This document shows, piece by piece, positions 23,905 to 38,409 of a stretch of 64,000 nt of DNA. The translations under genes were made by a program, and so were the position numbers. Below the pieces are notes generated by a model. The model was not told the origin of the DNA, searched no databases, and saw only the letters and a program-made list of their open reading frames with translations. Positions within the stretch are counted from its first letter, which is position 1. Every line of letters begins with the position of its first letter. This DNA comes from Diadema antillarum (lineage: Eukaryota), in assembly GCF_040938485.1 (NCBI RefSeq), contig NW_027272868.1:1-64000 (forward strand), written 5' to 3'.

Positions 23905-24924
23905 AAAAAAACTAGATATATCGCTACGGCTACTGATATGCCTCCGCCATAATGCATGGTTCTCCTAATAGGTCTATAGTACAATGTCTTGACAAAGTGT
24001 GATGACAGTTTCACACAATTGGCAAAATATTAAAATGACAGGTTTGACACAAATGTGCTGAATGTTCACTTTCCTAGAACTAGGTTCAATTGGATGAATG
24101 ATTAAAATGTCAGAGTGCAGGTATTTGGGGAACTGATGATTTTTACTTGACTTTTGACCCTTTTATAAGTTTATGCATTGAGTAATTTTCAAGGTATTGA
24201 GATAAAGTATAATTTCAGTATCAAATGGGAAAATAGCATTATCTAAACCTGGCCTTTGACCTTTGACCTCACAGTTCCAAAGAGAATCACTGTTAGGTTG
24301 AACATGCATAAATATGTAAGTTTCATGATGATACCTTGAGTTACTTTCGAGATATGGAGGAAAAAGTTTTAGCACTTTCACTTGATCTTTGACCTTTTGA
24401 CCTTTGACCTTTTGGCAAGAAACTTCCCCAAAAATATATATTGGGTAATACATGCCATACATCAAGTTAAAAAAAAACAACCTTCAGGCATATTGCATTT
24501 TAAGGAAAGTAGTGATATTTTGAGGAGTTGACCTTGACCTTTGACCCCCTGACCTTTGACCCATGACCCCCAACTTCCCTAGATAATCACTGCCCATCGG
24601 TACAAGCATATATACTAAGTTCCATGAAGATACCTTGAACCATTTGCGAGATATGGAGAAAAACATGAAATTTCAAAAAAAAGAATTTCACAAAATAAAC
24701 CTGTGACCTTTGACCTTTGACCCTGTGACCCTAAAAACCACACAAAGTATTATCCCCCAAGGATATACCCTCATACCAAGTTTGATGTAAAACCACCACA
24801 CGGTTCTTGAGATATCGACAAAAACAAAACGGGACGGACGGACGTACGGACGTACGGACGGACGGACGGACGGACGACCCGAAAACATAATGCCTCCGGC
24901 CACTTCGTTGCGGAGGCATAAAAA
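23905..24924 (+). mobile_element. Non-autonomous Helentron-type (HINE/DINE-like) element
   Basis: 5' subterminal ATGCCTCCGC (23938) is the reverse complement of 3' GCGGAGGCAT; 3' hairpin at 24890-24919; (GACG)n tetranucleotide array before the hairpin; internal TGACCTT repeats; A-run ends. Confidence 0.8.
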
Positions 24925-25163
24925 TATGGCAATGATAATGGCATATATAATGGCAGTGGAAAGAGAAAGAGAGGGAGGAGTAGAAGAAGAAAAAACAAAA
25001 ACATTAAGGAACCATGACCTAAACCAAACTCATCAGCAATACACAAGATAATTTTGGGTTGCTGTTTTTTTATGTGAAGTTGTTGTTTGTTTGTTTGTTT
25101 GTTTTTTCTACAGTACTGTTTTTGGTGAGACCAGCAGAGTAGTCATACAGTGTAGCACCTTAC

Positions 25164-25396
25164 CTAGATAATCTTTGTAAGGGGGGTTTAGGGCCACAGT
25201 TACCCCTCCCTGTAACTGCAGCTCCCAATACCTCCAGCTTCCCCGCATCGAAGTCAAAGAAGTTCTCCTGGCAGCTGGAGAACCAGTTTCGACGCCCCGC
25301 TGTGTTGAATCCCTCGCTGACAACAAACACCTCATCCTCATCGGGGCTTGGCATGGGGCAGTCCGTTTCCGAGGCGACCGACTCCTTCATCGCCAT
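25164..25396 (-). CDS. Alternative N-terminal coding exon of the ITPRID-like gene (exon 25608-25164, ATG at 25396)
   Basis: MAMKESVASE..RRNWFSSCQENFFDFDAGKLEVLGA..RLS ends at a strong AG|gtaagg phase-2 donor, in frame with the 19361 exon. An in-frame stop lies 8 codons upstream of the ATG. Acceptor gtttacag| at 25608. Confidence 0.65.
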
Positions 25397-28300
25397 CTTC
25401 TTTGTCCCAGGGCGTCAAGTCAAGTCAAGGCAAGCTGCCGGCATCGATTCCTCAGAGGATTCCCCTTCGAGGATGACTTGGAAGAAAGCTCCAGGTATGA
25501 CGAGTTGTCATGACGATCCGCACTGAATGCTGTGCTTCTGATATTCATTCCTTCATCCTACTCCTATTCTCCATCATCGCCACCAGAAAAAAAAAAAAAC
25601 GATCCCCTCTGTAAACAGAGTTAGAGCTATATCATGACACAGTCATGGGAACCTGCCGATGCACTTCAGCTTTGAGGCGGACTGGCACCCAGATCACTTG
25701 TGTACACAAGAGAAAGGGCAAACTTGGGATTGGCATTAACACCTGGCAAACAAGACCATCACATGAACCGGGACATCAACTACAGTCTTATATGTTTAAT
25801 TGCCGTAACGTGCGAGAAGGCTCGTTTTGCAGAGTAGAAAATTTCCTCTTTCAATCAATGTCACGATCAAGGAGTTCACTGACAATGCAAAATGCCACAA
25901 ACTCTGCAGAAGCAACCCTCCAAAAAACTCTCCTCGCACGAAAACAATGGCCACGCAAACATACAATGGAACGTGTACAGCTTTAAATATCTATGATATC
26001 CACACACAAGTCATACAGGCACAGTTTCCATTATGGAAACAAAAGAAAAGTAGAAGAAACGTAAATGTAGAGCTGGGTTAATTCTATTCCTAGTTAATCA
26101 TAGTAAAATGATGTGTAATAAAGAAACAATGTAGTTTCTTCAACCTCAAAGAAATTCTTGCTAGGGTAGCTAGCCAACTGGCATAGAACTGTCGGATTAC
26201 GTGTAGGAAGAGGGAAGACAGAAAAAGGAAGTTATTCCATCAGTCAAGAGGGGAAAGGATAAGAGGAAAGAAAATAAAGAAGATCAGCAAGAGACAGAGG
26301 GATACAGAAAAGGCGAGAAGGGTGGGGGGGGGGGGGGAGAGAGGGAGGGGAGAGAGGGGGAGAGAGGCAAAACATATGAAAGCAGAGAGTACACAAAACA
26401 TGGGTCAGATAGTGATGTAGGAGAGACGGGGCAAGGGAGAGGGGGGGGGGGGGGAGGAAGAGAGAAAAAAGGAGCAAAGGGCAGAATGAGACAGAACGAA
26501 AGAAGCCTTTAATACCGGTTCAAGGTCATTGACTCTATTATGATGTCATAATGCAAAGTTGTCCCTTATCAATCATTGAGCTGCAAGCATACCAGCACAG
26601 TGCTATTATATTCCTGCAGGATTTGAAACCTTTCACGGCCCAGCCTGCCAGCCTATGGTGCACAGTCAAATCCAAAGTGGGAAGTTAGAACAGTAAACTG
26701 ACTGCCAGAATATACACCAAGTAAGTACAGGATATTTAGAAAGAGAGAGAGAAAAAAAATGCAAGAATAGAAAATGCCATTCAAAGTTATAACTATGCAA
26801 CATCAAACACTGACTGTACTGTAAACCAATATCCACAGTATTCCGAGCTATAACGTCATAACTTGACCACAAAAATGAATCTCACGAAAATCGCTGACGA
26901 ATCTTGCTTAACCTTTACACTCGTATAAGATGAGACAAATTCCCATGTATTTAATGCATGACACAAGTAGTACCCATAGTTAATGACTTCATAATGCCTT
27001 GGTGTAAGAGACAGGTGCACCAATCAAGTGACCCAAGTGCTGATTTCTATCAGCCGTCATTAAATTTGGTATACATCAGCCGACTGAAACTTTGCACTTC
27101 CAAAATACTTTCCTTTCAGCAAACTTTTCAAACTCGACATGTCCCTTCCATCAGCAATGTGTATTGCATGTAACGTGATAACAGAAACATTCACACAGAG
27201 GACAAAGCTTTTCCAAAATTTGTTGCGATCTCATGGCACTTCTTCCTATTCAATGACTCCCATACTAGTCAACAAGAAAAAACTTCCACTTGCTGTTATG
27301 GACACTCCATTGAGGTTGGATAGGTCAAAATCATGGGCATGCTTGTCACACCAAGCCAGAGATAGCCTGTCCATCTGGTCACTCATGAAGAATGGTCAAG
27401 GGGGAACCCCCTCATAATACTTTGCTGGCGTTGGACCTTCTGCTACACGAAGGCCAATAACAACACCCAGCTGGCTTCGCTGCAATGACAATAATATGCA
27501 GCAGGAAGTACATGTATGCTGTTCTGGGTCCGTACCAGTTACATGAACTGCATGCTTGAAGAGCAAAGTATGATAAAAGTCATGAATGCGAAGTCAGCGG
27601 CCCGTCAACTCACAATAGTCACAAATGCGAAATCAGCTGTCCGTAAAACTCACAATAATCAAGATGGTACAGCTAATGTCGGATCAACTACTGCTAGTAG
27701 CAGTCCAAATGTTGCGTGCTAATCCAGATTTTATTCTATAATGAAATCTTGTGTTTCTTCCCCTCCTTCTGCTTGGAGTCCTGGAGACTCATCCGACCAC
27801 TTTTTCTACTCTGCGCCCACTGACGAGTAGAAAAGAAATCCCTAACCAAGAGCAACGGTTGTAAATCAATCAAACGATATGTGATATACCACCGAGAAAG
27901 AGAGAAGAGAGAGACACACAGACAGACAGACAGACACACAGACAGAGAGACAAAGCCGTAGCAGTCACAGAGAAACAGATGTGACACATCCTGCACGACT
28001 TGGTGGTGATCGACAACTACAGAAAGAATCCGCAAACTTGAGCAGCCACCATATTGCTAGATCCTGCCGACAATATTTCCCTGTAATGCCCTTCAATATT
28101 GCATGTCACAAATACAATTGTATGTCACACAAAATAGCCCAAACACACTCATAAAAATATAAGCTAAGAGTCAATGATCACACAATCAAACTTGCACAGA
28201 GCATGGGATGCACCCACGCAAATTTTGTCAGATTGATCACTGGACCTTGATATCTTGACTGAAATCAAAATACCAGAGATTTGCAATGAATGAGCGAAAG

Positions 28301-29993
28301 AGGCGTTGCCAAAAAAAGAAAAAGAAAATGGATTTACTGTAGGAGCATGACCTGGTCATAGTCAATCTTGCATTAAAAAAATCAAAACAAGAATGCCAGA
28401 GCCGATAATTTAATGTCTCAGTATTTACATTTCTTAATAAAGTTTTGATTCTTTCGGCCAAAATGTAGAGTGTTGTATGAACAGCCTGCTGTGTATGCAC
28501 GCATGGTTTGTAAAGGAAAAAAGACAAGACAAAACAAAACACACACACACACTTGACAACAACACGAAAAAGACTGCTGAGCAATATCAGAACACAGCAC
28601 CTGCCACTCAAAATGAATATCAGTACAAGTTTTATCTCTTATAACTACAATAATGTACATGTGTTTACATTCTTACAAGCTTCAGCTGTTTTAAACTCTT
28701 CAAGTAACTCTAAAATACACTGTTAAAAGTTCTGTTCATTTTGTTGATAGTGACCTGGAAATACTGTTTATATCTTACATACAGTTCAAATGAGATTCTG
28801 TGCTTCCACAGTTACCCTGCCACTGAACACTACATGTACATTAATAGCCCTAAAAATGAGACCATGATCCAATTAATAAATAAAGTCCACTTATAACAAC
28901 TGGTAATCCTCAAAATACAGTCAGATGTAAACAGGTGTCTTTATTCCCAGCCCTTTGCATGGGGGTAAGAGGAAGAACCTACTTGTTCTCCACTAACTGC
29001 TAACCTTTACTAGGCCTTGTGGCATACACATAGTAGGCTTTAACTCTTTATGTGCCACATTCGCACGTCTGACTCAGTCGACGGCCTGCCAACTTCGCAT
29101 ATAATTCTCAAATGCACAGACCCACCCAAACCGATCGATAACTCACCAAATGCCACAATACAATGAAAGCATTTCTTGCGCTTTCGTTACTTTCACATAT
29201 ACATGTAGCTTGCATTTTATGTTGTGATTGATTAACAAGCAGTGTCCATACTGGATTTGCAAGTAAATTTTACGTTTCTGTCACTACTTTGTGTGCAAAA
29301 GTCATGCCTTTACAGTTTCAATTTAGCTGCTAGTCATTTGAAAGAGAAACAATCATAGATTTGTCATACAATTTACATCACAGCAAAGCTTGGCAATTTT
29401 TCTACAACTCTACTCACTAATAACTATGTCCAGCTTAACAGAAATCTATGGAAGTAACATAGATTTGAAAAGCATAATGTTTTCTCATTCTCAAAGCATG
29501 GCAACATTGGTGGCTCAGAATAATGTGGCACACAGGGGGTTTCCACCATAGCACATTTGTAAAGAGTTAATATTCAATGTTGCATGTCCTACTTGAGACT
29601 AGGCAAGGCAAGCCAAGGCAATGGGTAAAGACATGAAAGAGGTTTTATCTGCCAAACGGCCTTTCCAAACTTGAGTTTTAATTTCCCATGTTTTGAACGT
29701 AGTAGATGCTTCCCCTCCATTTCTAAAATGGTAGAGGTCTAATCAGAAGGTTTATCATTCAATATACCCTGAGTCAGTACAGAGACCCTATGCTCTGGAA
29801 GATGACAATTCTTTGTTCAACTGCAACGACAAACATCAGTCTTCTTGATGGACAAGGGAAGAGTGTGATGTATGGTGGAATTGCCTTATATGACTCACTT
29901 TGCATACAATTCTCTGTACTATCAATAGAAAGTTATCTTTTGATAAATGAAGATGTCATGTCATCAAATAATATAACAGTTATCCTCATTTAA

Positions 29994-30732
29994 CCCTAAT
30001 CCCACCGGGTTTTTTGAGGGACTTGAAACCACCGGGGGGCCTTTTTGGCCCCCCTTCAGATCTCGGTCATGGATGGTGCGATCCTCGCGAAAATTTGCAC
30101 TAAGGTAGAGGCCAATGTAATCTACAAGACTGTATAGTTAGATTTTTCAAATTTCAATTTATGTATTTTATATTAACTAATTTATGCTAATTTATGCAAA
30201 ATTATTATTTTTCTGCCTATAAATAAAAAAAAGAAATACAGTTCCAAGACTTCTAATTTTTGGTGAACATATTCTTTTCAATATCCTTAATAATTATATT
30301 GAAGCAAATATTCGTCTTCATAATCATTTCTTATAAATGTATTTTATTGTTTATTGAATTTCTTATGTATTTCCTTTTTTCCTTTTTGTTTTTGTTGTTT
30401 TATGTCAAAACTTGTCGCAGAAACTTTTTAAAGCATAATCAGGCTAAAATAAATCATTATCAGCCATTGAAAGTAAAAATATCTATTTTCATGAATTAAC
30501 TGCAAAAACACAATTTACATTGGATTTGTACACAAAATCATGTTTTTGAGCAATTTTGGGGTCAACAAATTTTTTTCAAAGGGGCGTGGCTTCAAAACAG
30601 TATGCCCGGGAGTGACAAATTTGGTCTCAAAAGTTGCGCGATACTTGAAAGAAAAAAAGTCATAAAATGCTGCGGTGAGAGCATCACGCGTTGTGGGATA
30701 ATCAGGCGAAACGTCGAGGGGGAGGGCCAAAA

Positions 30733-30767
<35 letters not shown>

Positions 30768-30776
30768 GGAATAGGG
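29994..30776. mobile_element. piggyBac-like non-autonomous element, 783 bp
   Basis: TTAA|CCCTAATCCCACCGGG ... CCCGGTGGGAATAGGG|TTAA: a 16-bp TIR with one mismatch. Confidence 0.88.
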
Positions 30777-32959
30777 TTAAGAATCCAGTCAAGAAACCCC
30801 CTTTTATGGCAACATCAACAGCTCTGAGGGGTCTAGGGCAATTACCTCCTGGGCAATTACCCCCCCCCCCAACCCCCCTAACCCTAGACCTACTGTAATC
30901 CAAACCCTAGAACCTAATCCTAGCCATATATTCTAGCCTTATCATTGACCAGTATGTACATGTATATGTACAATTTTGTAGCTGGGAAGGGGGGGGGGGG
31001 TAACTGCCCTGATACAGCTCTGAGCCCTAAATACCTCAGAAAATAATTGATGATTAAGAAACAATCTGTAAATTTGGACTGGTTAATCAATGCTCAGCTG
31101 GTAGAAGAGAGTACAATACTAAACATGGATGATGCATCTTGTACGTACATCATTCATCAATACCTGGTTTGAAAGGTTGGGCAGATCCAACTTTTAAATA
31201 GCCTTGTGGCTCGTGTCATTTGGTTGGACATCCTTCCTTTGCCTTGTCATATTCCACTGTAACCACAAGAAGTCATGTGGCGTATTATATACACCTCATA
31301 CCCGTGATCTGATACTGCTGGTGAATTGTTACACCCTTCTGACCTCATCAAGATGACTTCAAAAAAGTTTGCAAAATCTTAGTGATTGTGTTGCCTCTTT
31401 TTAAAAATCATGTCTAAAATCTGTTCAACTTTTATTTTCAATCAGAAAATATAATAAATTTTAATTTATTCATCTATATTAAAAGTGAAGACAAACCCCA
31501 CAACATATGATTTTGAGAAATGCTAATATCGCATGTGAAAACTCATTTTCATATATACAAAACGTAAGTGCACCTTTAAGCAGTGTATGGGAATATTGTA
31601 CTGCCTGTACCATCATTTGCAATCTAAAATTTTGTAATAAAACTGGAAAACAAAAAGCAACAGCCATAAACCTAACACAATGTCATCTTTATTTCTTGCC
31701 CGAGGTAAAATGCTGAGGTATCGTTCCCTTCAATATCGCATCTTTCAACCCAAGAGAATTGGGGGACATAGTTACACAGTGTGAGAATTTGGAGACACAC
31801 AAAGTGTCCTCACTAGAGGCATAGCAATTAGCGGGCAACTTGGCTAAATCTGCTTAGATAATGACGACTCTCTAGTCGAAAGTTCTAATTACCATGTTCT
31901 GCTTCCCCCTTCCCATTGTCTCTGCTCCTTCTGCCTACTCAATGTTTTTCTCGCATCAAAAAATGACAAACTCCGGCAGTAATCTTCTCATCATAACTGT
32001 CACAGAAAGAAAGTAGTTGAGTACACCACAATCTCATTTCGATGAACAAGTGTATCTCAAAGGGGATAGACGGGAAACCTGGATATTCAGGACAAGCAAG
32101 ATAATTTGCGAGGTGGATAAGGGGGATATGGTGGGATGCAAATGCTGCCCTTGGACGAGAAACACGTTTGGAAGAGGAATGTGCTCCCCTTGGATGAGAA
32201 GCATCTAATAGGAAGAGAACTTTCTACTGGCACTGGCTATGGTGAAGATATAAACGTATGAGCTTCTTCCCCTCCAAATTGATTTTAGAACTGTTGTGTG
32301 GTGACTTCATTTGTTTGCTGCTGCGTAAAACAATATAATTATATAAAATATTTATTAGCACTACTCACATTCCAAAGCACTAATAACAACAGAACCTAAA
32401 ACAGAAAAAAAAAACTTTATGCACAGCATCCATTTCTTATTTCTCATTTTGGCCTGACCCCACCCCCCCAAAAAAAAAAAAATCTCTTGAGAGGGGATCA
32501 TGAGCCCACTAAAAAGTTAGTCTGAAAAGAAAGAATAAAGTGCAGCTGTGAAAATATGATAAGAATCGCATTAAAATTAGAAAAGCTTTCATATTATGAA
32601 GCTTTGCGTTTTTTTACAAAGGCAGTTCTTGAACAGTCAATATGAATATGCAAATAGTGAGTTGATGATGTCATTACCTCACAACTTGCCATATAGTTTG
32701 TAATCAAAATCTTGAAATTTTCTGCTTTTGGGCTCAATGCGAGTAAGCCATAGTCTCACATCGTGTACATACAATGTATGCATCTGACTGATGATTATTT
32801 TGAGGTTATTCAGCTAGGAATAATATATTTGACACTTTTATGGCCCAAAAAAAAAAAATTGGCATTTTTTTTTTCTTTTTTTAATACATGATCCAGGGAA
32901 AATTGTGAAGTTATGTTAGCATTATATTCTGTGGAACCCCTGAACCCTGCCTAGTTTAA

Positions 32960-33350
32960 AGGGACTGTGTAGTATTAGTTGAGGTGGGGATTCAGGTTTA
33001 CAACATTCCTAAATAAAAGTGAGATAAGGAGAAACCTCTTATGAACTATAAAAGAGCATGTAATTTTATGAAGGATTCAACGTTTATTTAATGAAAATTG
33101 GTCTTCAAATGGCTGAGATATCCAAAAAAGTGATGATAATAAAAGGCGACAGGCCACGCCTTTTATTAGGATCTCTTTGTTTCACGTTGTTTTTGGATAT
33201 CTCAGCCATTTCAAAACCGATTTCATCAAATAAACTTTTGATACCCCTTAGAACTGCATGCTCTTTGACATCTCATAGAGTGGTTTCTGAATATCTCGCA
33301 AAACGTTAAAAGTTAAATCCTCACCTCAACCAGAACTGTACACACCCTTT
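32960..33350. mobile_element. Kolobok-like MITE family B, copy 2
   Basis: TTAA|AGGGACTGTGTAGTATTAGTTGAGGTG ... CACCTCAACCAGAACTGTACACACCCT..TTAA. Confidence 0.75.
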
Positions 33351-34578
33351 TTAACAGGCCTGAATAGTGTGACTATAGTGTGCGTGTGCGTGTGCGTGTG
33401 CGTGTTGATACACATAAATATCAATGTACATGACCATTGCATGTTACCAAAGCTAATTATCTGCAGCTGAAATATCACACTATGGAGATGTGGAAAGGCC
33501 ACAGGTGCTGTGTAATCCAATGACTCGCTCGGGCACTAGCTTGCCACTGTATCAGCCAATCAGCATCTTATTGAGATCTCAGTTCATGAAAGGTGACAAG
33601 GGGTGGTCAAATGACACCCTAATCTAACTTTCCCTTTAAAGGGGATATTTCCTCACATGAAAACATTATTTATGAATAGACATCCATAAACAGGTGGGAC
33701 ATAGCAAATATTACTGCAGCTAAATATGGGCTATCCAGCTATCTTCTCGGAAAACTAATGGAAAATGAAACAAAATGTTTTGATACTTTTATGGATATCG
33801 ATGAATTGTCAGGTATGGCAAATTTTCAATGGAAAGGACATTAACTCAATAACTTCGCAAACATTTTCAGGGAATACTTTTCAAACTAAAATTTGATTAG
33901 CAATTTCAGCTGATGAAAAATATCTTCAATGATATCCTGTACACTTAGGTATGTAAGAAAACTGCTACACAAAAGTTAGTTTGTGTAGCAGTGGTGTAAA
34001 AATGCATGGCAAATTGCGATGCGATACCAGGAAAAATTATTCCCTGATTTTATGTCTACGACACTTGGCTCCTCACAAAATTTGCAAATGTTTAATGCAC
34101 ACAAAAACTTCTGGCTTTACAGTACCTGTTGCTCTTCTTTTGTGTATTTTTGGAAGATCCAGCTTATCAAATTGCACAAGTAGCTCTTGTATTACATCCA
34201 TACAGATGTACAGCTGTACTCAGCACAAAAAATGCAATGAAAACTTTGCCACACTTGTGAACACTAGCTGACCAAGTGACTAAGGGTGACACCATAGCTG
34301 CACAAACTAGGCCAACACAAGACAACAAATCCAAAGTACAATTTTATAACATCCTGCCAGACTTTCCATGGAAGAGGAAAATGCTCTTACGCCGCTGCCA
34401 CAGAAGCTAAGGTAACTGTCAAGGCAATCAAATCGAAACTATATCCGCAGAAAACATGTTTCCATCCTCGCAATTCCCTCCAACATTCTACAGCCTCCAT
34501 TGCAATCACCGGTAACAACTCTAGAACGTGATCCCACCTGCAACTCAGCAAACGTTGGAAAGTAAATCGTCAGCTCAC

Positions 34579-34774
34579 CACTTCAAGAAGATAGCATCCA
34601 CACATTCTAAGGGACAGATGACAACAGTGGTAGTAACACGGTTGACTGGGATGGCTTCCGAGGAAAGTTCATTACTGCCGCCAAAAAATAAGTGCCGTTT
34701 GCCTTGCGGCTGGAGCTCCCTCCTCCCCTCCAACAGGTCTCTGCATGCCGGTTCAGAGGGCTCAATGAACATGA
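34579..34774 (-). CDS. Candidate alternative coding exon of the ITPRID-like gene
   Basis: Acceptor ctttgttttatcacag|, strong donor TG|gtgagc. Open frame MFIEPSEPAC...AIFLK ends in phase 2, in frame with the 19361 exon. Confidence 0.55.
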
Positions 34775-36504
34775 CTGTGATAAAACAAAGAGTCAGCTTC
34801 CTGCCCGTTAGTCAATCAGCCTTGCCCAGTTAAAACAGTTATCACTAATCTCTTGCTCCATATGACAAAACACCAACTGCCCAGCCTTAAAGAGTAGCCT
34901 ACATTTCAGGCTTTTATACAATGTCAATACATTAAACCACAAACAATCTGCAATCACACTGATTCAGCTTGTGATAAAAAATACGAACAAGAAGCAAGAA
35001 CAACCACAGATCTTTTCATTTGAAGAAATTAACCAAACCCTGGTTAAACTATCTTGTGTGTTAAGTACTGTATGGCTGCCTCAAGCTATACTGTCACTAC
35101 AAATGTAGCATCATCAGCAAGTGCTATGCTGGAAAGCGTACTACTGTATGCATCCTTTTGAAGAGTACATTAAAAGAAAGAGTTTATTTTGGAGATCAAG
35201 ATTTATCAAAAAGAGATAGCTTCAGCCCCATTACCTACAAAGTTCTTCTTTGACACCATATTGGGAGATAAGGATGTGACAACTGTATGCATGAAATGAA
35301 TTGTAGCACAATAGTCAATTTTACACAGCCCACACACAAACAACACACACAAATTCAACACCTTGTGCGCAAGCAAGGTACCAGTTTGGAAAATTTGTTG
35401 TCACACCTTTTTATTAGTAGTTTACATATGCATCGTATGACTATGTCAATATTGGAATAACACTTGAGCAATCCAATTTTAGAGCTCAGCAAAATTCTTA
35501 GCAAAAGCTCGTTCATTCTCGGTAATATCAATTGACTACTGGACCTTGAGAAGAACTAAAGCCACTCACTGTACACTACAGCACGTGTGGATTTTTCCTT
35601 GTGGGCTAAACCATTTGACCATGTCAAAATATATCAAACCAAACTTTACTTGAACGAAGACTAAGTTAGTTTGCCAAGGCATGTCCTGTGGCAGCGATGT
35701 GAGGACAACTTTTTCTCCTTTTTTTTTTCTCTCGATAAGGACTCTGATACAGGGTCTGCAATTGAGGCTAATTACCGTAGATAGAAAGTTCATGTGTCCT
35801 TACAAGTACAAACATTTCCCTCTTACAGTTACAATACTTTTGAGCTAATGCACCCAGTCTGATAATATATTCTCTCTCGCGTTCCATACCATAAAGCTGA
35901 TGCAATGCATCTACATAATACGAATTTTCCCCCCAGCTTATAGAATCCTATGGATGCAGACATACTATCAGAAACATTTACAAATACGGTACTGAATTTT
36001 GTGGAAAATTGCCGAATATATGGTATATACAGTATCTTTCATATATCAATGCATTGGCATATTCATTGAGGGAAGAAAGTGTTGGTAGACTTCCGTACTG
36101 ACTGGTGGTACTATACACTTGTATGAATGATATGCTTTTGCTTGCTCTCTCTCTCTCTCTCTCTCTCTTCAAGAGGAACAAAAATAAGCAAAAGGCAGAA
36201 TCATACTCCCTTGTCCCACATGCCTGTTAATGTGTCGGCACTTTCAACCAGAGGTTTTAAGGAAGTTTGTACAAATGAGATGACACAGACTATCTATGTG
36301 TGATGCATACATTTTTAAGTAATGTGACAACCAGCCCATTCACACACACAGGCACCAACAGTCATGATTTGAATCACAACACATTTTTTTGTTTGTTTAA
36401 TATGTGTTTGGACATAGGCCTAATAATCACAACCATTTGTGAGATTCAAATCACAATCCACACACCACAACAAATGTGACGTTTCTATTAAAACATAGTC
36501 ACGC

Positions 36505-36541
<37 letters not shown>
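36505..36541. repeat. (TG)n microsatellite
   Basis: Direct reading; coordinates approximate. Confidence 0.95.
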
Positions 36542-36543
<2 letters not shown>

Positions 36544-37654
36544 TGCAAAGTGCGTATGAATGCTGTGCAAAATTTAACCAGTTTTTTTTTCCATCCCATG
36601 ATGCAAGGCACACAGGATACTAGTCAAGTCAAAGTCGGGTCAAACTCTGAAACTCATGCACATGCAGTTTGGCCTCACTCAAACCTGTGCAAATTGAATC
36701 ACAATTTTTCTTTAAAAAAAACAAAAAACAAAAACACCACCACCACCATCAACAACAACAAAACACAACATGATTTGAATTGCGTCTTGAATCATGCTTT
36801 TTTTCTTTAGTATGTGTGAATGGGCCTTTTGGAGCCCAAAGTGTTGAGAATGCTACGGAGCTCACACCACTCAAGAGAACCAAGTTGGTCCAGGTGGGTG
36901 CAAACGTGCCAACCGTGGACAATTTCCACGCCACCTGGCAAACATCCGTCAGTGACTGCCTTAGCTGCCACGATCTCATTAACCTTGACTCCATTTTCGA
37001 CCTTTTAGTCAGGCCCGAAGTGCAGCAAACTAGAGTTAAAGAGTAGAGGAGTGTCGTGTCGTGTGTATTGTCAACAAATTTTTATATGCAAATTGCAAAT
37101 ATAGAAAACTGTTTCCCCCAGCAGGACTTAATTAACTATTGCCGGTTACATATAAGCAACTTGCAAATAATACCACTTGTACAGGAATAATGTTTTGTAC
37201 CCTCTTCTATGCGCTTAAAAAAATCATAATAATAATGAACTGATTAAATATCTTGTAGACTTTACCAAATAATCAAGTAGGCCTAGCCACTAACATTTTA
37301 AAAGATTTTTATCGTTTACATGTATGCATTAGGCCTATATCATACATGTATCAAATTCATTTTGATTGAAAAAAAAAAATAAGAGAAGAATAATATACAG
37401 AATATCTGAAAGTCATTTGTAAACTAAGATGGGATGCAAACTATACTATTTGTACTTTCAATCTTTTGCACTTGAAGAGTAAGTCAAAAACCACTTTCAA
37501 TCCACTGCCTTTTATATTCTGAAAATAATCATATCTTCTTTTAACAATAAAGGGTTGGAAAAGTTTCTAGGATTGCTTCTGAATCGGGATGTACCATGTT
37601 CACACCTATGTACAAAGTAATTAATCATATAGTAGCAATGATATATTATCAAAT

Positions 37655-38328
37655 GTGACCCGCTACAACAAAAGGATCCGAAAGTCGGGGGAGGACAATT
37701 TTCTGAGAATTGCATGACAATATTCCTTTACTCTTCTACTTTAATTTAATATATACAAAAATTGCAGCACAACTCATAAAAGTATTCGGTTGCGGAGATA
37801 TCGATGATTTTAGAGCATTTCAAGTGGTTGAGGAAATCAGAGTTTCGAGAAAAACCCTTTCAAAGTTATCCTTCCGACGCTATCATGATCAAGGGGAGGC
37901 GAGACAGTTTTCACCGCTTGACAATAGAAGGTGTGCTCCTAGCAACCTCCACGATGTTCATTCAAGCTTAGTGCCAGCCGTCTACGCACAACCAATCAGT
38001 AATCAGGATGCCAGGCCCTGACCAATAAGATCACTCCCTCATTGCTCGGGGCGGAGTCTAGCTGCAGAGCGAAATCCAAATCTTCGGATACGTTTCTGTT
38101 ACGTTGAAAGTTGGAAAATCATGGCCCAGAAAAACGCTGATTTCTTGCCTTTCCTTCGATCATTTAGCTTCGAAATTTCGGCAGATGATAAGCAAAACAT
38201 TAGAGTACAGAATTATGCCAAAAACAGAAATCCGATTGCTTTGACCAATTTTGATGATGTGACTTCAAACTCAATTTTCTCGGCTCAGCCGTCAGCGACT
38301 TTAGGATCCTTTTGTTGTAGCGGGTCAC
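37655..38328. mobile_element. Sola1-like non-autonomous element with AAAT target-site duplication
   Basis: AAAT|GTGACCCGCTACAACAAAAGGATCC ... GGATCCTTTTGTTGTAGCGGGTCAC|AAAT; about 33-bp TIR. AWWT TSDs are described for Sola1. Confidence 0.8.
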
Positions 38329-38409
38329 AAATATCCACAGCTGGTAGAGTATGACAACAATGCCATATATGTCATTTACCATCATGGTAATCAGTCATAT
38401 TATGAATTG

